From assembly GCF_963921235.1 (NCBI RefSeq), contig NC_086097.1, positions 255,752,001 to 255,816,000 of the forward strand: a stretch of DNA of 64,000 bases, read 5' to 3'. The notes under the pieces were generated by a model. That model was given only the letters and a program-made list of their open reading frames with translations. It had not been told where the DNA came from and searched no databases. Below, in pieces: positions 61,627 to 64,000 of this stretch (position 1 is the stretch's first letter; each line of letters starts with the position of its first letter). The DNA is from Mobula hypostoma (Eukaryota). Both the position numbers and the translations under genes were made by a program.

Positions 61627-62908
61627 TAGAAACATAGAAAACCTACAGCGCAATACTGTACAGGCACTTCAGCCCACGATGCTGTGCTGAACATGTACTT
61701 ATTTTAGAAATTACCTAGGGTTACAGATAGCCCTCTATTTTTCTAAACTCATGTACCTATCCAAGAGTTTCCTAAAACATATTGTATCTGCTCACCAGCA
61801 GCCCATTCCACGCACTGACCACTCTCTGCGTAAAAACTTACCCCTGACATTTCCTCTGTACCTACTTCCAAGCACCTTAAAACTGTGCCCTCTCCTGCTA
61901 GCCATTTCAGCCCAGGGAAAAAGCCTCTGACTAGCCACATGATCAATGCCTCTCATTATTTGAAACACCTCTATCAGGTTACCACTCAATGAGAAAAGGC
62001 CGAGTTCACTCAACCTACTTTCATAAGGCATGCTGCCCAATCCAGGCAACATCCTTGTAAATCTCCTCTGCACCCTTTCTACGGTTTCCACATCCTTTCT
62101 GTAGTGAGGTGACCAGAATTGAGCACAGTACTCCAAGTGGGGTCTGACCAGGGTCTTATATAGCTGCGACATTACCTCTTGGCTCTTAAACTCAATCCCA
62201 TGATTGATGAAGGCCAATGCACCGTATGCCTTCCTAACCACAGAGTCAACCTGCGCAGCAGCATTGAGTGCCCTATGGACTCAGACCCCAAGATCCCTCT
62301 GATCCTCCACACTGCCAAGTGTCTTTCCATTAATACTATACTCTGCCATCATATTTGACCTACCAAAATGAACCACTTCACACTTATCTGGGTTGAGCTC
62401 CACCTGCCACTTCTCAACTCAGTTTTGCATCCTATCAATGTCCCGCTGTAACCTCTGACAGCCCTCCACACTATCCAAAACACCCCCAACCTTTGTGTCA
62501 TCAGCAAACTTACTAACCCATCCCTCCACTTCCTCATCCAGGTCATTTATTAAAATCACAAAGAGAAGGGGTCCCAGAACAGATCCATTGGTGACCGACC
62601 TCCATGCAGAATATGATCTGTAAACAACCACTTCAGTGAGCAAGCCAATTCTGGATCCACAAAGCAAGGTCCCCTTTGATCCCATACCTCCTGACTTTTT
62701 CCAATAAGCCTTGAATGGGGTACCTTATCAAATGCCTTGCTGAAATCCATATACACTACATCTACTGATCTTCCTTCATCAATGTGTTTAGTCACATCCT
62801 CAAAAAATTCAATCAGGCTCATAAGGCACGACCTGCCTTTGAAAAAGCCATGCTGACTATTCCTAATCATGTTATGCCTCTCAAAATTTTCACAAATCCT
62901 GCCTCTCA
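61627..62908 (-). mobile_element. CR1 RT and 3' end
   Basis: [40 protein letters not shown]-type tail at 61627-61640. Confidence 0.87.
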
Positions 62909-62934
62909 GGTTGATAATGGATCTCGAGAAACGT

Positions 62935-64000
62935 AGCAGTATTCAGTGGAGTAAGGGAAGTTACAGAGAGAGGAGAGCCATTTCTACCACCATAATCACA
63001 GATGCAGCAGAGAAAGTGTCAAGGTGGCTCTGGATAAAGAAGGCAGATCCATGGGTTGCTGTTAGGGCACAGGTTGGGGTTTGATCAACCCTGGTCAGGT
63101 CACCTGGGCGAGGGTGTATGATGTTCAAAGATCCGAAACACCTGATGAGCCCAGGTAACATCACTGATGTGCCCTGGCTTAGCACCATGCAGATGTTTCT
63201 GTAAGAACTACCTCCTGGGACACCAGTGACCACCAGGAAGAGTCTGGTTGACAGCAAGTTTGGTAACAACTGGAAAGACAGTTGACAGCCTGGAAAGACA
63301 GCAAACCGGGGAGAGGGTGGGTTGGCAGCCCTAACTGCAGCTCCTGTAAAGTACCCAAGAAGGCTACAGATCAAAGAATGGAAAGATACCCCCAGGGGAA
63401 GCCCGGGGCGGGGGGGGCGGGGTGCGAAAGAACTTCCCAGGCGGACGGACACAAGGCTACCAACCCAGTGCAATGGACAATCAATGAGTACGCAGTGCAT
63501 CTGTGACAAAATTTGTAAGAACCAGAGAGGCTTGAAAATCCACCGGTCAAGGGTGAAGTGTAAAGAGCAACAGAGAGCTCCAAAATGTGCAGATTGAGAC
63601 AGAGGAGCAGGGTCAGGAAGCACCCCACGGAACCCAGAGCCTCTGCGTGGTGCAAGCTGTGCATCCCAACATCACATCTCAGACCGTGCGGATCAAATGG
63701 CCCAAAGCCTGCCAGACAGAGTGGCAATGATTTGAGGACGTAGATCTAGTATTGGAAACAGTGGCCAAAGCTGGTGTGGAGAGGAGATTACAGATGACAA
63801 CAGGGATCATAACTCTGGCAGCAGAAAGATTTGGTACCAAGGAAGTGAAGTAGGCCAAACAGCCATATGTTAAAAACAACAGCCTCCAAAATCCACAACA
63901 TCCGGAAAGAACTCAAGGCGATCAAGCAACAACATAAATTTGCAAACCATGAGGAAAGGGCACCACCGGAAGAACTGCGTGTGATGCGGAGGAAAAGGTT
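62935..64000 (+). mobile_element. Hero-like (restriction-endonuclease type) non-LTR element: C-terminal remnant, structured UTR, then a decayed N-terminal region
   Basis: AAEKVSRWLWIKK resembles Hero/R2-group C-termini. CICDKICKNQRGLKIH is an N-terminal zinc finger, followed by RIKWPKA and AAERFG segments. Runs off the window edge. Confidence 0.6.
63064..63175 (+). ncRNA. Multi-helix pseudoknotted RNA containing hammerhead core strands in non-circular order (probably a decayed copy)
   Basis: Visible pairings: GGTGT 63113-17 with ACACC 63138-42; TGATGTT 63119-25 with AACATCA 63157-63; ACCTGGGC 63102-09 with GCCCAGGT 63149-56; AGGGCACA 63064-71 with TGTGCCCT 63168-75; GGGTT/AACCC hairpin. GUA, GAAA and CUGAUG sit at the helix junction positions expected for a hammerhead. 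Confidence 0.55.

Noticed and set aside
63142..63156. CTGATGA-GCCCAGG read as a conventional hammerhead core or a C/D box
   Set aside because: Its partner strand CCTGGGC is followed by GAGG rather than GAAA with no stem III, and no snoRNA-like terminal arrangement is evident. The jumbled arrangement explains more of the pairings.
1..64000. CRISPR arrays, operons, tRNA or rRNA genes
   Set aside because: None seen. The sequence is vertebrate-like and the only tRNA-like boxes belong to SINE heads.

Overview
Eukaryotic, repeat-dominated vertebrate DNA. The density of CR1 LINEs and the V-SINE-type repeats point to a cartilaginous fish (inference, no taxonomy check possible). Most of the window is nested retroelements: many CR1 subfamilies (one copy with an intact 1008-codon ORF2 frame, one near full length), RTE and Rex1/Babar-type LINEs, a Hero-like element at the right edge, V-SINEs and decayed Tc1/mariner transposons. 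Host genes: a single-coding-exon orphan GPCR recognisable as GPR141 (7670-8512, minus) with a candidate 5' non-coding exon and promoter near 26.4-26.6 kb, and three phase-compatible 3' exons of an unidentified minus-strand gene (55.4 kb to 45.6 kb). The most interesting signals are at RNA level. (1) A jumbled, non-circularly permuted hammerhead-like fold sits at a tail-to-head junction of the Hero-like element. (2) A ~130-bp mobile family carries a minimal dimer-type hammerhead ribozyme at its 5' edge; two young copies have target-site duplications and one has an empty site in the window. (3) An in-phase U_UUA_AAC slippery heptamer at the CR1 ORF1/ORF2 overlap would fuse ORF1 to an AUG-less ORF2 by -1 frameshifting. 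All family assignments come from recognised motifs, and repeat boundaries are approximate.
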